Source: Verrucomicrobiota bacterium
Lineage (GTDB): Bacteria > Verrucomicrobiota > Verrucomicrobiia > Limisphaerales > UBA1096
Direction of reading: 5' to 3'
Length of the DNA: 54,981 nucleotides
Assembly (NCBI GenBank): GCA_030747605.1
Contig: JASLKL010000002.1
Location: 1 to 54,981 of the forward strand
The stretch's first letter is position 1. Each line of letters starts with the position of its first letter. The notes below the pieces were generated by a model. It was not told the origin of the DNA and ran no database searches. It saw only the letters and a program-made list of their open reading frames with translations. Below, one piece after another: positions 28,902 through 38,858 of the stretch. Position numbers and translations under genes: made by a program.

Positions 28902-31637
28902 ATGTACAGGCCTAAAAAACTGTGTTTGCCATGCATCTGCTTACATTATTTTATTCTTGCAGTAACAATTTTTATCTTTGCTGAGGCAACATGTATCTCT
29001 GATGATAAAGCTGAGAAGAAAACAGTTGATCGGTTTGATATATGGTCTCTACATTCTATAACTAAAGAGCCTCCTCCTAAGCTTAATCAAACTGATAGAC
29101 TTTGGGCAAAAAATTCAATCGATCATTTCGTAGCCGCAAAACTCGCTGAAAAAAAGCTCACTCCTTCAAAGGAAGCTGATCGCGCAACACTAATACGAAG
29201 GGTATACTTCGACATACTTGGCCTGCCCCCTAATCCAGATGAAATCCAAAAGTTCTCTAGTGACAACCATCCATTAGCCTACGAACGGCTAATAGAACAA
29301 TTATTGGCTTCACCCAGATATGGAGAACGTTGGGCACGTCATTGGCTTGATATTGTTCACTACGGTGATACTCATGGTTATGATAAAGATAAACTAAGAC
29401 CTAATTCTTGGCCTTACCGAGATTATGTCATCCGTTCCTTTAATGGCGATAAGCCTTATAACCGATTTGTACATGAACAAATCGCTGGTGATGCACTTTT
29501 TCCAGACACTCAAGATGGGATTGAAGGCACCGGATTCATTTCTGCAGGACCTTGGGATTTCATAGGCCATGCAGAAGTACCAGAAACCAAACTAGATGGA
29601 CGAATCGCTCGTAATATTGATAGAGACGACATGGTTAAGAACACTATGAATACTTTCATAAGCACTACAGTTCAATGCGCTCGCTGTCACGACCACAAGT
29701 TTGATGAAGTAAAAATGACCGACTATTATCGCATGCAAGCTGTCTTCTCAGCACTTGATCGAGCTGATCAAGAATATTATCCCGATCCTAAAGTTGCCCA
29801 AAAGCATACTATACTCAAAAAACAAATCGCTAATCAAAAAGCCATCCTTGAAAGAATCGAATTAAAAATCCAATCCAAAGGCGGAGAAAAACTAAAAATA
29901 CTAAAAACCCGTTTAAAAGAACTTTATAAACAGGCTAATACTAAAATTCGGCAAGAATTTGGATACCATAGTAAAATCGAAGCAAAGCAAAAAACCATTA
30001 AATGGGTGCAAGTTGATCTTGGCGAGTCAAAGGAGATAGGCCAAGTAACTCTTATTGGAGCTAGTGACAGTTATAATAATATCGGTGACGGCTTTGGTTT
30101 TCCTATTCGATATAAGATCGAGGCATCAGATGATGTTAAATTCAGAAAAAATATTACATTAATAGCGGATTTATCACTAATTGATCAACCTAACCCCGGA
30201 ATTAAGCCACAGCATTTCAATTCGCCAAAAACCAAAAGTCGTTACGTAAGATTAACCGCTAACAAATTAGCAAAACGCAGCAATGACTTCATATTAGCAA
30301 TGGGAGAAATGCAAATTCAGAATGCAGCCGGCGAGAATCTAGCCATTGGAAAAGATGTTACCTCTCTCGACTCCATTGAAGCACCAGTACGTTGGCAGAA
30401 AAAAAATCTTGTTGATGATATATATAATGGACGCACTGAAAATCTGCATTTAGCTAAGCTAATAAGTAATACGGAAACAGAACACTCTTTATTAATTAAC
30501 TCTATTGTTACGGAAGAAATTTCTTTAAAACGTAAGAAGGCACAAATATCCCTTGGTAAAGCAGAAGCAAATATGAAATTGCTTCCAAAGCCGCAAAAAG
30601 TATATGTCGGCAAGGTGCATACTGGTAGTGGCGCATTCCGCGGAACCGGAAACGAAGAAGGGAAGCCTCGTACCATAAGGGTACTACACCGTGGAGACAT
30701 GAGTCAGCCCAGAGAAGAAGTCGGGCCGGGAACTCTGCGATTAGCTAAACGAGACAGCGGCATGTTCAAGCTGCCTAGTAAACATTCAGAAAGTGATCGC
30801 CGAATAGCCCTAGCCCACTGGATTACACAGAAAGAACATCCACTTACATGGCGCTCAATTGTAAATCGGATTTGGCAATACCACTTTGGCATTGGGATCG
30901 TTTCTACTCCTAATGATTTCGGTCGGATGGGAGCCAAACCAACCCACCCAAAACTACTGGACTGGTTGGCGGCCGAGTTTCGCGATAATGGTCAATCAAT
31001 TAAAAAAATACACAAACTCATCCTGACCAGCGCTACGTATCGACAGGCCTCCACTTCCTTACCTGACCATGAAAAGATCGATAGCCAAAATCGCTATCTT
31101 TGGCGAATGAATCGCCGACAACTTGAAGCAGAGGCACTACGAGACTCTATACTGTTTTTATCGGGAAAAATGAACTTTCAAATGTACGGCCCAGGCTTTC
31201 GGAATTTCATCTTGGAACACCCCGAACACTCTCCTCATTACGAATACCATAAACATAACCCTGAAGACACACTTGTGCATCGACGATCAATTTATCGCTT
31301 TCTAGTTCGTTCTCAACAACAACCTTTTATGGCCACTCTTAATTGCGCTGACCCTTCGCAACAAGTAGCAAAACGTAATGAATCTATAACTGCACTGCAA
31401 TCACTCGCACTGCTTAACAATAAATTGATAGTTGCCATGGCTAAACATTTTTCTAATGACATAAGCCATTCTGAAAAAGATTTACAAACATCTGTAAATA
31501 AAGCTTTTTTTAGGTCAATTGGCCGAATCCCCACCGCTGAAGAATCAGCGGATCTTATTGAGTTCACAAAACTACACGGTTTGAGTAACACCTGCAGATT
31601 GCTATTCAATCTAAATGCATTTTCCTTTATTGATTAA
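28902..31637 (+). CDS. DUF1549 / DUF1553 family protein with inserted F5/8 type C (discoidin)-like domain
   Basis: 911 aa. YGERWARHWLDIVHYGDTHGYD, CARCHDHKFD, inserted IKWVQVDLGESKEIGQVTLIG...YVRLTANKL segment, HPKLLDWLA, LNCADPSQ. No N-terminal CxxCH of the PSCyt type. Confidence 0.8.
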   Translation: MYRPKKLCLPCICLHYFILAVTIFIFAEATCISDDKAEKKTVDRFDIWSLHSITKEPPPKLNQTDRLWAKNSIDHFVAAKLAEKKLTPSKEADRATLIRRVYFDILGLPPNPDEIQKFSSDNHPLAYERLIEQLLASPRYGERWARHWLDIVHYGDTHGYDKDKLRPNSWPYRDYVIRSFNGDKPYNRFVHEQIAGDALFPDTQDGIEGTGFISAGPWDFIGHAEVPETKLDGRIARNIDRDDMVKNTMNTFISTTVQCARCHDHKFDEVKMTDYYRMQAVFSALDRADQEYYPDPKVAQKHTILKKQIANQKAILERIELKIQSKGGEKLKILKTRLKELYKQANTKIRQEFGYHSKIEAKQKTIKWVQVDLGESKEIGQVTLIGASDSYNNIGDGFGFPIRYKIEASDDVKFRKNITLIADLSLIDQPNPGIKPQHFNSPKTKSRYVRLTANKLAKRSNDFILAMGEMQIQNAAGENLAIGKDVTSLDSIEAPVRWQKKNLVDDIYNGRTENLHLAKLISNTETEHSLLINSIVTEEISLKRKKAQISLGKAEANMKLLPKPQKVYVGKVHTGSGAFRGTGNEEGKPRTIRVLHRGDMSQPREEVGPGTLRLAKRDSGMFKLPSKHSESDRRIALAHWITQKEHPLTWRSIVNRIWQYHFGIGIVSTPNDFGRMGAKPTHPKLLDWLAAEFRDNGQSIKKIHKLILTSATYRQASTSLPDHEKIDSQNRYLWRMNRRQLEAEALRDSILFLSGKMNFQMYGPGFRNFILEHPEHSPHYEYHKHNPEDTLVHRRSIYRFLVRSQQQPFMATLNCADPSQQVAKRNESITALQSLALLNNKLIVAMAKHFSNDISHSEKDLQTSVNKAFFRSIGRIPTAEESADLIEFTKLHGLSNTCRLLFNLNAFSFID

Positions 31638-33136
31638 TGAATTCATTCGATTCATCTAAACAAAAGCCTTCAGGACATTCCATTGACCGTCGCAATTTCC
31701 TTTGGCAGTCGGGAGGAGGCCTAGGCGGCATTGCATTAGCTGGCATGCTCGGACGCGATGGGGTATTAGCTGACACCAATAAAACACGCCAGCCTATCGG
31801 CTTACATCATGCACCTAAGGCGAAGAGAGTTATTCAGTTGTTCATGGGCGGAGCCGCTAGCCATGTAGATCTATTTGACTTCAAACCTGAACTAATAAAA
31901 CGTCATGGTGAAAAATGGGACCCAGGCGAAACCATCGAACTTTTTCAAAGTTCCCCCGGAAACACCTTTAGGCCACCTTGGGAGTGGGGAAAACACGGGC
32001 AATGCGGCAAGCATCTAACATCCATTGTCTCCGAGCTAGGTGACTGTGTCGACGATATGGCCTTTGTTCACAATGTAGTCGGAAAAACTGGCGTACATAG
32101 TCAGGCAACATACTTGCAAGCAACCGGCTTTCAGCGCCCTGGTTTTCCCGGGATGGGAGCATGGGTGAGTTATGGATTAGGTAGTCTAAACGACAATCTA
32201 CCCACCTTTATAGTGCTTCCAGATCATCGTGGCTATGCCTCCAACGGACCAAAAAACTGGAGTTCCGCATTCCTTCCGGCTTCTCATCAAGGCACTACAT
32301 TGTTCCCCGGCCGTACTAACCCTATCGCTGACCTTTACCCTCCAAAAGAATCTTTTATTAATAACAAAAGTGAAATAGCCACTCAGGAATTGCTTGCAAA
32401 ATTTAATCGAAAACATGCTGTAAGTCGTGAAACCGACTCCCGTCTCGATGCAAGAATTAAGTCATACGAACTTGCTGCCAGAATGCAATTGAGTGCACCC
32501 GAAGCTTTGGACATCTCAAAAGAACCCGCACACGTTAAACGTCTCTATGGCCTTGACCATAATGTCCAGAATTGGCCTAAAGAAATAAATGAAATTGAGG
32601 AAATCGACTACTTTTCCAGAAAATGCCTAGTTGCAAGACGCCTTCTCGAGCGTGGTGTTCGATTTATTCAAATCTGGTCTGGCAATGACAACGGATTCCC
32701 TCGTCGAAATTGGGATTCTCATGAAGATATCAAACGAGACCATGGTCCACTTGCTCGCGGCATGGCTCGTGGAACTGCCGCCCTAATACTTGATTTAAAG
32801 CAACGTGGAATGCTCGAAGACACTTTAATTCTCTGGACCACAGAATTCGGACGAATGCCATGCGCCCAAGGCAGCAAGGGCCGCGATCATAATCCTTTTG
32901 TATTCACCAATTGGATGGCAGGCGGTGGGATTAGAGGCGGAACAACATATGGAGAAAGTGATGAATGGGGATTCAGGCCGGCTGATCGAAACAATCCCAC
33001 CACTTGTCACGATATTCATGCCACCATTATGCATCAGCTCGGAATAAACCATGAACAGCTTACGGTACGTCATGATGGTATTGACCGCCGACTAACAGAT
33101 GTTCATGGTAGCGTTATCCAGCCAATCTTAGCCTAA
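31637..33136 (+). CDS. DUF1501 domain protein, Tat signal
   Basis: 499 aa. TAATG stop/start overlap with the upstream gene. DRRNFLWQSGGGLGGIALAGML, MGGAASHVDLFD, TEFGRMP, GRDHN, RLTDVHG. Confidence 0.88.
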   Translation: MNSFDSSKQKPSGHSIDRRNFLWQSGGGLGGIALAGMLGRDGVLADTNKTRQPIGLHHAPKAKRVIQLFMGGAASHVDLFDFKPELIKRHGEKWDPGETIELFQSSPGNTFRPPWEWGKHGQCGKHLTSIVSELGDCVDDMAFVHNVVGKTGVHSQATYLQATGFQRPGFPGMGAWVSYGLGSLNDNLPTFIVLPDHRGYASNGPKNWSSAFLPASHQGTTLFPGRTNPIADLYPPKESFINNKSEIATQELLAKFNRKHAVSRETDSRLDARIKSYELAARMQLSAPEALDISKEPAHVKRLYGLDHNVQNWPKEINEIEEIDYFSRKCLVARRLLERGVRFIQIWSGNDNGFPRRNWDSHEDIKRDHGPLARGMARGTAALILDLKQRGMLEDTLILWTTEFGRMPCAQGSKGRDHNPFVFTNWMAGGGIRGGTTYGESDEWGFRPADRNNPTTCHDIHATIMHQLGINHEQLTVRHDGIDRRLTDVHGSVIQPILA

Positions 33137-33146
33137 CCAATAAAAT

Positions 33147-33962
33147 ATGAAAAAATACCGTTTCCAATCTGGTTTCACATTAATCGAATTACTTGTAGTA
33201 ATAGCCATTATTGCAATTCTTGCCGGGCTTCTTCTTCCTGCACTTGCCAAGGCTAAACAGTCTGCAATTAAAGCACATTGTGCTAGCAACATGAAACAAT
33301 GGGGTATCGCTACAATCGCCTATGCGGGTGATTTTGATGACTATTTTCCAGACAATACTCGCGGTCAACACACAAGCTGGGTGAGCAAAGAAGTAGCAGA
33401 CTTTTGGGATAAATATTTATTACCTAGTAAATTTAATGCCGAGCGCAAAAAAAATCGGATCAAAAAAGATCGAGCCCATGTAATTTTTTGCCCCTCCGAC
33501 GAATGGCACAGAGAGGCTGATTTATGGAGAAACAGTGCAAACCAATATCCTATTCTAACAGGATATTTCTGGCTACCTCACCGCTTGCTTAATTCATGGG
33601 GGTACAATGTTAACGGCTTGGAAGCCAAGGCAAATAAAGGAATTGCTGGCTGGCATTCTCGAAAAAAAATTAATCAAGCCGTTTTTCCAGGATCACCCGC
33701 TACAATCCCAACTCTTGCAGACCGCATACAGGGACATGGATCTTTTGGAGGAGGCAAACTTCGCATGACACGCTGGACAGAAACTGATGGAAAAGGACAA
33801 ACCATTGCAGCTGCTAACCACCCTACAGGCCCTGGAATGGAACCTTCTGGAGGCAACTTCCTAATGACTGATGGGCATGTTGAGTGGTTCAACTTAAACC
33901 AAGTCGAAGTCGGTTCTAATGGCGGCAGTTGGCAGTGCATTTATAAAGTCCCGATAGAGTAA
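33147..33962 (+). CDS. prepilin-type N-terminal cleavage/methylation domain protein (variant C-terminal H...DG motif)
   Basis: 271 aa, 10 nt after the DUF1501 stop. SG|[25 protein letters not shown]-terminal [24 protein letters not shown]: the H-to-DG spacing is 16 residues, not 9. Confidence 0.85.
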   Translation: MKKYRFQSGFTLIELLVVIAIIAILAGLLLPALAKAKQSAIKAHCASNMKQWGIATIAYAGDFDDYFPDNTRGQHTSWVSKEVADFWDKYLLPSKFNAERKKNRIKKDRAHVIFCPSDEWHREADLWRNSANQYPILTGYFWLPHRLLNSWGYNVNGLEAKANKGIAGWHSRKKINQAVFPGSPATIPTLADRIQGHGSFGGGKLRMTRWTETDGKGQTIAAANHPTGPGMEPSGGNFLMTDGHVEWFNLNQVEVGSNGGSWQCIYKVPIE

Positions 33963-33974
33963 GTCATCGACCAA

Positions 33975-34955
33975 ATGACTCTTCGTTTATTTCTTTTTTT
34001 TCTTAGCATGACTATTTGTCATGCTGAATATTATAAGAATATTCAATTATCTGATGGATGCGATATTCACTTTGCATCAGCAAAAAAGGCTAAAGCGCTA
34101 TTGGCAATACGAGATGTATATATTGAAGGCCTCAGTCCTTTTGAGCGCGCCGCAAAAATAAAACAGGCTGGACCAATCTCAACCGATGAATATATCAAGT
34201 TTATACAAGATCAAACAGTTGAATGGTCTAAGGCGGACAAGATCAAATTAAGCGAGATCATAGCCAAAGCAAAAATAAAATTAGGCCATTTAGCCAATTA
34301 TCTTCCTAAAAAAATTTCATTTATCAAGACCACCGGCCAAGACGAAGGTGGAGCTCCTTACACAAGAGGCAACAGCATCATCCTCCCAAAAAGACAAGTC
34401 AGCCAATCTGTAAAAAGTCTAGAGCGACTTTTCTATCACGAACTTTTTCATATTATATCTCGAAACAATCAACAATTGCGTGATGAGCTTTACTCAATCA
34501 TAGGTTTTAAGCCTTGTGGCGTGGTTAAACTGCCAGACAATATGATGCCACTACGAATCAGTAATCCTGACGCCCCAATTATTGAACATTGCATACGCAT
34601 TTCATTTGCAGATAAGAAGCATTGGGTTGCCCCAGTACTGTTTTCTCGCATACCAAAATATAACCCTGAGACCGGCGATACGTTTTTTCGATATCTGGAA
34701 TTCAGGCTTATGCCCATTGACTTAAAAACTACAAAACCAATTTTAAATAACGATAAACCAATACTACTAAAGCCAGATGAAGTAGAAGGTTTCTTCGAAC
34801 AAATCGGACGAAACACTAGCTATATACTTCACCCAGAGGAAACACTTGCAAACAACTTTGTGTTTTTGAACACAGGGAAAACAGACCTTAAAAACCCCGA
34901 AATACCAAAAAAAATTAAATTGATTTTTGAAAAACTAAATTCAAAAAAAAACTAG
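33975..34955 (+). CDS. secreted hypothetical protein with HExxH motif (possible zinc metallopeptidase-like)
   Basis: 326 aa, 12 nt after the upstream stop. Signal peptide (LFLFFLSMTICHA). Single HELFH (H-E-x-x-H) in FYHELFHIISR. No other recognisable family motifs. Confidence 0.4.
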   Translation: MTLRLFLFFLSMTICHAEYYKNIQLSDGCDIHFASAKKAKALLAIRDVYIEGLSPFERAAKIKQAGPISTDEYIKFIQDQTVEWSKADKIKLSEIIAKAKIKLGHLANYLPKKISFIKTTGQDEGGAPYTRGNSIILPKRQVSQSVKSLERLFYHELFHIISRNNQQLRDELYSIIGFKPCGVVKLPDNMMPLRISNPDAPIIEHCIRISFADKKHWVAPVLFSRIPKYNPETGDTFFRYLEFRLMPIDLKTTKPILNNDKPILLKPDEVEGFFEQIGRNTSYILHPEETLANNFVFLNTGKTDLKNPEIPKKIKLIFEKLNSKKN

Positions 34956-36394
34956 GTTAAAATATCATCAATTATTTGCCCATGCACATCAGTAAGACGA
35001 TATTGTCGACCCTGAAATTTGAAAACAAGACTCTCATGATCCATCCCTAGTTGATTAAGAATTGTAGCATTTAGATCGTGTACATGCACAGGATCTCGAA
35101 CAATATTATAAGAGTAGTCATCTGTTTCACCATAAACAGATCCAGCCTTTACCCCTCCCCCTGCCAGCATGTAACTAAAACATCGTGGATGATGATCTCG
35201 GCCGCCATTTTTCTCCGGCGATTGGGCATAAATTGTTCGACCAAATTCCCCTCCCCAAACTATTAGCGTATCATCCAGCAACCCACGTTGCTTTAAATCT
35301 GAAATTAAACCGGCAGTTGGATGGTCTGTATCACGGCATTGCCGAGGCAAATCACGGGACAAGTTGGAATGATGATCCCAACCCATATGAAACAACTGAA
35401 CAAACCTCACATCACGTTCAACTAAGCGACGAGCCAGTAAACAATTAGCTGCAAAAGAACCAGGCTTTTTCACATCTGGACCATATAAATTTAAAACATG
35501 CTCCGGCTCACCAGAAACGTCGGTCAACTCGGGAACACTTGACTGCATCCGGAATGCCATTTCGTATTGGGCGATGCGTGACTTAATCTCAGGGTCTCCC
35601 AGTGTATCGAATCGCTTACGGTTCAATTTGCCAAGGTCGTTGAGCATGTCCCGCCGGGTCTTACGATCGATGCCCGCCGGGTTGGAGAGGTAATAGACAG
35701 GATCCCCGCTGTTGCGAAATTTCACGCCGGAATGCTGGGTGGGTAGAAACCCAGATGACCAAAGCCGGCTATACAACGGCTGGGCATCGCCGGACCCGCC
35801 CCGGGAAGTCATGACAATATAAGTTGGTAGGTCGCGGTTTATCGCACCGAGGCCGTATGACACCCACGAGCCGATGCTTGGCCGACCGGAGAGTTGAAAG
35901 CCGGTCTGTAAAAACGTTATCGCTGGATCATGGTTAATAGCCTCAGAATGTATCGAACGCACCACACAAAGCTCATCCGCCACACGGCCGAGATTGGGCA
36001 GCATTTCACTCAACTCAAGACCACTCTGGCCATGTGCGGTGAAGCGGTATTTGGTGGGCGCCACCGGCAGCGTATTTTGATTGGACGTCATGCCGGTCAA
36101 CCGTTGCTTACCACGAATCGAGTCCGGCAGTTCCTGACCGCGATGCTTCTCAAGTTGCGGCTTAGGATCAAAGAGATCCATCTGTGCCGGGCCGCCGGAC
36201 TGGAACAGGTAAATCACGCGTTTGGCCACAGGGACGAAGTGCGTTTGGCCAAGCGCCGAAGCCTTCCCATGCCCTTGACCAAGCAGACAGCCCAGCGCCA
36301 TGGCACCTAGTCCGTTGGCTGAGGTCTGCAGAAACTTTCGCCGGTTGAGGGCGTCCTGTTGCTGCCAGTCGGCGAGGTGTATCGGTTGAGGCAT
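34952..36394 (-). CDS. DUF1501 domain protein, Tat signal
   Basis: 480 aa. NRRKFLQTSANGLGAMALGCLL, QSGGPAQMDLFD, GGEFGRT, GGRDHH, RLTDVHG. TAATG overlap with the upstream DUF1553 gene. The 5' two-thirds is GC-rich and the 3' third is AT-rich. Confidence 0.88.
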   Translation of the reverse strand: MPQPIHLADWQQQDALNRRKFLQTSANGLGAMALGCLLGQGHGKASALGQTHFVPVAKRVIYLFQSGGPAQMDLFDPKPQLEKHRGQELPDSIRGKQRLTGMTSNQNTLPVAPTKYRFTAHGQSGLELSEMLPNLGRVADELCVVRSIHSEAINHDPAITFLQTGFQLSGRPSIGSWVSYGLGAINRDLPTYIVMTSRGGSGDAQPLYSRLWSSGFLPTQHSGVKFRNSGDPVYYLSNPAGIDRKTRRDMLNDLGKLNRKRFDTLGDPEIKSRIAQYEMAFRMQSSVPELTDVSGEPEHVLNLYGPDVKKPGSFAANCLLARRLVERDVRFVQLFHMGWDHHSNLSRDLPRQCRDTDHPTAGLISDLKQRGLLDDTLIVWGGEFGRTIYAQSPEKNGGRDHHPRCFSYMLAGGGVKAGSVYGETDDYSYNIVRDPVHVHDLNATILNQLGMDHESLVFKFQGRQYRLTDVHGQIIDDILT

Positions 36395-38667
36395 TACTTG
36401 TTGATCAGTTCGTCGAGGTTCAAAAGGACATTGGCCACGGTAACCATCGCAGCTAGCTCCGCTTGACCAAACGCTCCGCCCGAGGGGCTTTCCCCCTGGT
36501 CAAGCAGTTGTTCCGCCTCCTTGGGCTGAGCACGAAACCGGGCCAAGCGCCGCTCGTATCCAGCCGTCAGCAACGCCAACTCGGCAGGCTCCGGCTGTCG
36601 CGCGGTCGCTGCACGAAATGCCCACGCGATGCCTTCCTTCGGAGTAGCACCGTTCGCCATGATCCGCTCCGAGAATTTTCTCGATGCCTCTACGTAGGTA
36701 ACTTCATTCATCAGCGCAAGCGCCTGCAACGGCGTGTTGGTGTGGGTACGTTTCACTGTGCAAACCTCGCGGCTCGGCGCATCGAACAAAAGCATACTCG
36801 GGTGCGCGACGGTACGTCGGATGCGCGAGTAGAGGCTGCGTCGGTAAAGTTTCTCGCCATGATCCTGCTTGAAAGTCCCACGCTTCTCGACCTCGCGCCA
36901 CAGGCCGACCGGCTGATAGACCCACATGCTCGGGCCACCGTGTTTCTCGACTATCAAGCCGGAGAGGAACAGCGCCTGATCACGCACCATCTCCGCCGCG
37001 AGTCGCGTGCGCGGGCCTCGGCTCAGCAACCGGTTTTTCGGATCCAATCGCAAACGCTCAGCGCTGGTGACCGCATCCTGCCGGTAGGTGGCGCTCATCA
37101 CCACCTGCCTGAGCAGTCGCTTGATATTCCAGCCGTCCTCAACGAAGTCCACCGCAAGCCAATCGAGTAGTTTCGGATGACTTGGCCAATCGGTTTGCAC
37201 CCCCAGATTCTCCGAGCTTTTAACGATGCCGACGCCGAACAGTTGCTCCCACAGCCGGTTCACGAGAACACGCGCAGTCAACGGATGCTGTCCGTCCGTA
37301 AGCCAGCGCGCCAAAGCAAGGCGATTCATCGGCATGTCACCGGGCACTGCCGAGAGGGTCGACATCAAGCCCGGCTGAACCTCTTCGCCGGGCGCATCGT
37401 ATTGACCTCGCTCAAGGATGAACGCCTTGCGCGGTTTGTTGTCACGCATGATCATCACGAACGGATACTCTGCGTCCAACTGGCCGATCTCAGCCTTGCG
37501 ATTGTCGGCATTCTCTTCAGACGCCTCCACGTTCTTTTTGCGCTGCTCGTACTCGCTGTTTTTGTAGCGTATCCGTGGCTCGGCACTTCCCCTCAAATTG
37601 TTGATGAACCCCTTCTCATCGAGATTATTGAATAAGGCGAACAACTGGTAGAACTCCCGCTGACTGATTGGGTCATACTTGTGATCATGACAACGGGCGC
37701 AGCTCAACGTAAGTCCCATCCAGACCGAGCCCATCGTCTGCACACGATCGATGACATACTCCGTCCGCCACTCCTCATCGAGTGCACCGCCCTCAGTGTT
37801 GATACGATGGTTGCGGTTGAATCCGGTGGCGAGCACCTGGCTCCCGGTGGCATCCGGCAACAAATCACCGGCAAGTTGCTCCACGGTGAACTGATCGTAC
37901 GGCATGTTCTCGTTGAACGCCTCGATCACCCAGTTGCGCCACGGCCACTGGCTGTTTTCGAGGTCATTGTCATAACCGTGACTGTCGCCGTAACGCGCGC
38001 CATCGAGCCACCAGACAGCCATGCGTTCACCAAAACGGGGCGACTCCAGCAAACGATCAACAACCCTCCCGTAGGCACCCGGGCTAGTATCGTTCAAAAA
38101 ACGGTCGACCTCACCGAGTGTCGGAGGCACCCCGGTCAAGTCGAGCGTTACTCGCCTGATAATGGTTTCACGAGAAGCCGATCGTTGTGGCGACAACCCA
38201 GCCTCGGTCATCCGCTGGAAGACAAAGCGATCGATCTCCCCGCGGCCCCATTTACCGCCTATCGGGAGTCTCGGTTTTTCGGGAGTCTCAAATGCCCAGT
38301 GCTTTTCATAAACTGCGTCCTCGCTGATCCACTGCCGCAGAGTCGCTTTCTCAGCTTCAGTCAACCCGACCTCATCCGGAGGAGGCATCACCTCGTCAGG
38401 GTCTTTAGAAAAAATACGAGATACCAATTCACTGACCTCAGGTTTGCTGGGCACAACCGCAACCACGCCATCGCGTTCCTTATAGGCCGATACTTTTTCG
38501 TCGAGACGCAGACCAGCCTTTCGTTCGGCTTGATCCGCCCCATGACAGGCAAAACATTTGCCGGCCAATATGGGCAACACATCGCGGTTAAAGCTCACCG
38601 CCGCTTGACTAAATGAAACCCAGCCAAGACTCAGGGTGATGAAAAAAACGCGGAACATTGTCGCCAT
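36394..38667 (-). CDS. PSCyt (cytochrome c-like) / DUF1549 / DUF1553 family protein
   Basis: 757 aa. Signal peptide. N-terminal CFACHG. FGERMAVWWLDGARYGDSHGYD, CARCHDHKYDPI, HPKLLDWLA, FDAPSRE. GC-rich throughout. Confidence 0.88.
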   Translation of the reverse strand: MATMFRVFFITLSLGWVSFSQAAVSFNRDVLPILAGKCFACHGADQAERKAGLRLDEKVSAYKERDGVVAVVPSKPEVSELVSRIFSKDPDEVMPPPDEVGLTEAEKATLRQWISEDAVYEKHWAFETPEKPRLPIGGKWGRGEIDRFVFQRMTEAGLSPQRSASRETIIRRVTLDLTGVPPTLGEVDRFLNDTSPGAYGRVVDRLLESPRFGERMAVWWLDGARYGDSHGYDNDLENSQWPWRNWVIEAFNENMPYDQFTVEQLAGDLLPDATGSQVLATGFNRNHRINTEGGALDEEWRTEYVIDRVQTMGSVWMGLTLSCARCHDHKYDPISQREFYQLFALFNNLDEKGFINNLRGSAEPRIRYKNSEYEQRKKNVEASEENADNRKAEIGQLDAEYPFVMIMRDNKPRKAFILERGQYDAPGEEVQPGLMSTLSAVPGDMPMNRLALARWLTDGQHPLTARVLVNRLWEQLFGVGIVKSSENLGVQTDWPSHPKLLDWLAVDFVEDGWNIKRLLRQVVMSATYRQDAVTSAERLRLDPKNRLLSRGPRTRLAAEMVRDQALFLSGLIVEKHGGPSMWVYQPVGLWREVEKRGTFKQDHGEKLYRRSLYSRIRRTVAHPSMLLFDAPSREVCTVKRTHTNTPLQALALMNEVTYVEASRKFSERIMANGATPKEGIAWAFRAATARQPEPAELALLTAGYERRLARFRAQPKEAEQLLDQGESPSGGAFGQAELAAMVTVANVLLNLDELINK

Positions 38668-38858
38668 TGGATAAAACTCAATTCGGATACGCCCCCCATT
38701 GATGGAGAAAGTTGCGCCCTTCGCATTCCATTTTGAACTCGGTTTTTAACCCGACCTCAACCTGAAAATTGGGGAGCATCGGAAAGTACCATTGTAGCAT
38801 CCGCCGAGACCGAAAAGTAGACTTCGATTTGTATGGGTTTGCCATTTTTTATGTCGCT

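Noticed and set aside
36463-38616. Long plus-strand ORFs (235, 152 and 311 aa) antisense to the DUF1553 gene
   Set aside because: This is a GC-rich region where stop codons are rare in non-coding frames. The products are Arg/Pro/His-rich with no motifs, whereas the minus-strand frame has full DUF1549/DUF1553 signatures.
38668-38858. 190-nt gap between the sulfatase and DUF1553 genes. It contains a 33-codon in-frame open stretch after the sulfatase TAA (SDIKNGKPIQIEVYF...) and a 55-codon small ORF (MANPYKSK...)
   Set aside because: Both are too short and lack recognisable motifs, an RBS or conservation evidence. Open stretches of this length are expected by chance. Possibly a promoter region for the DUF1553/DUF1501 pair, but I cannot support specific sites.
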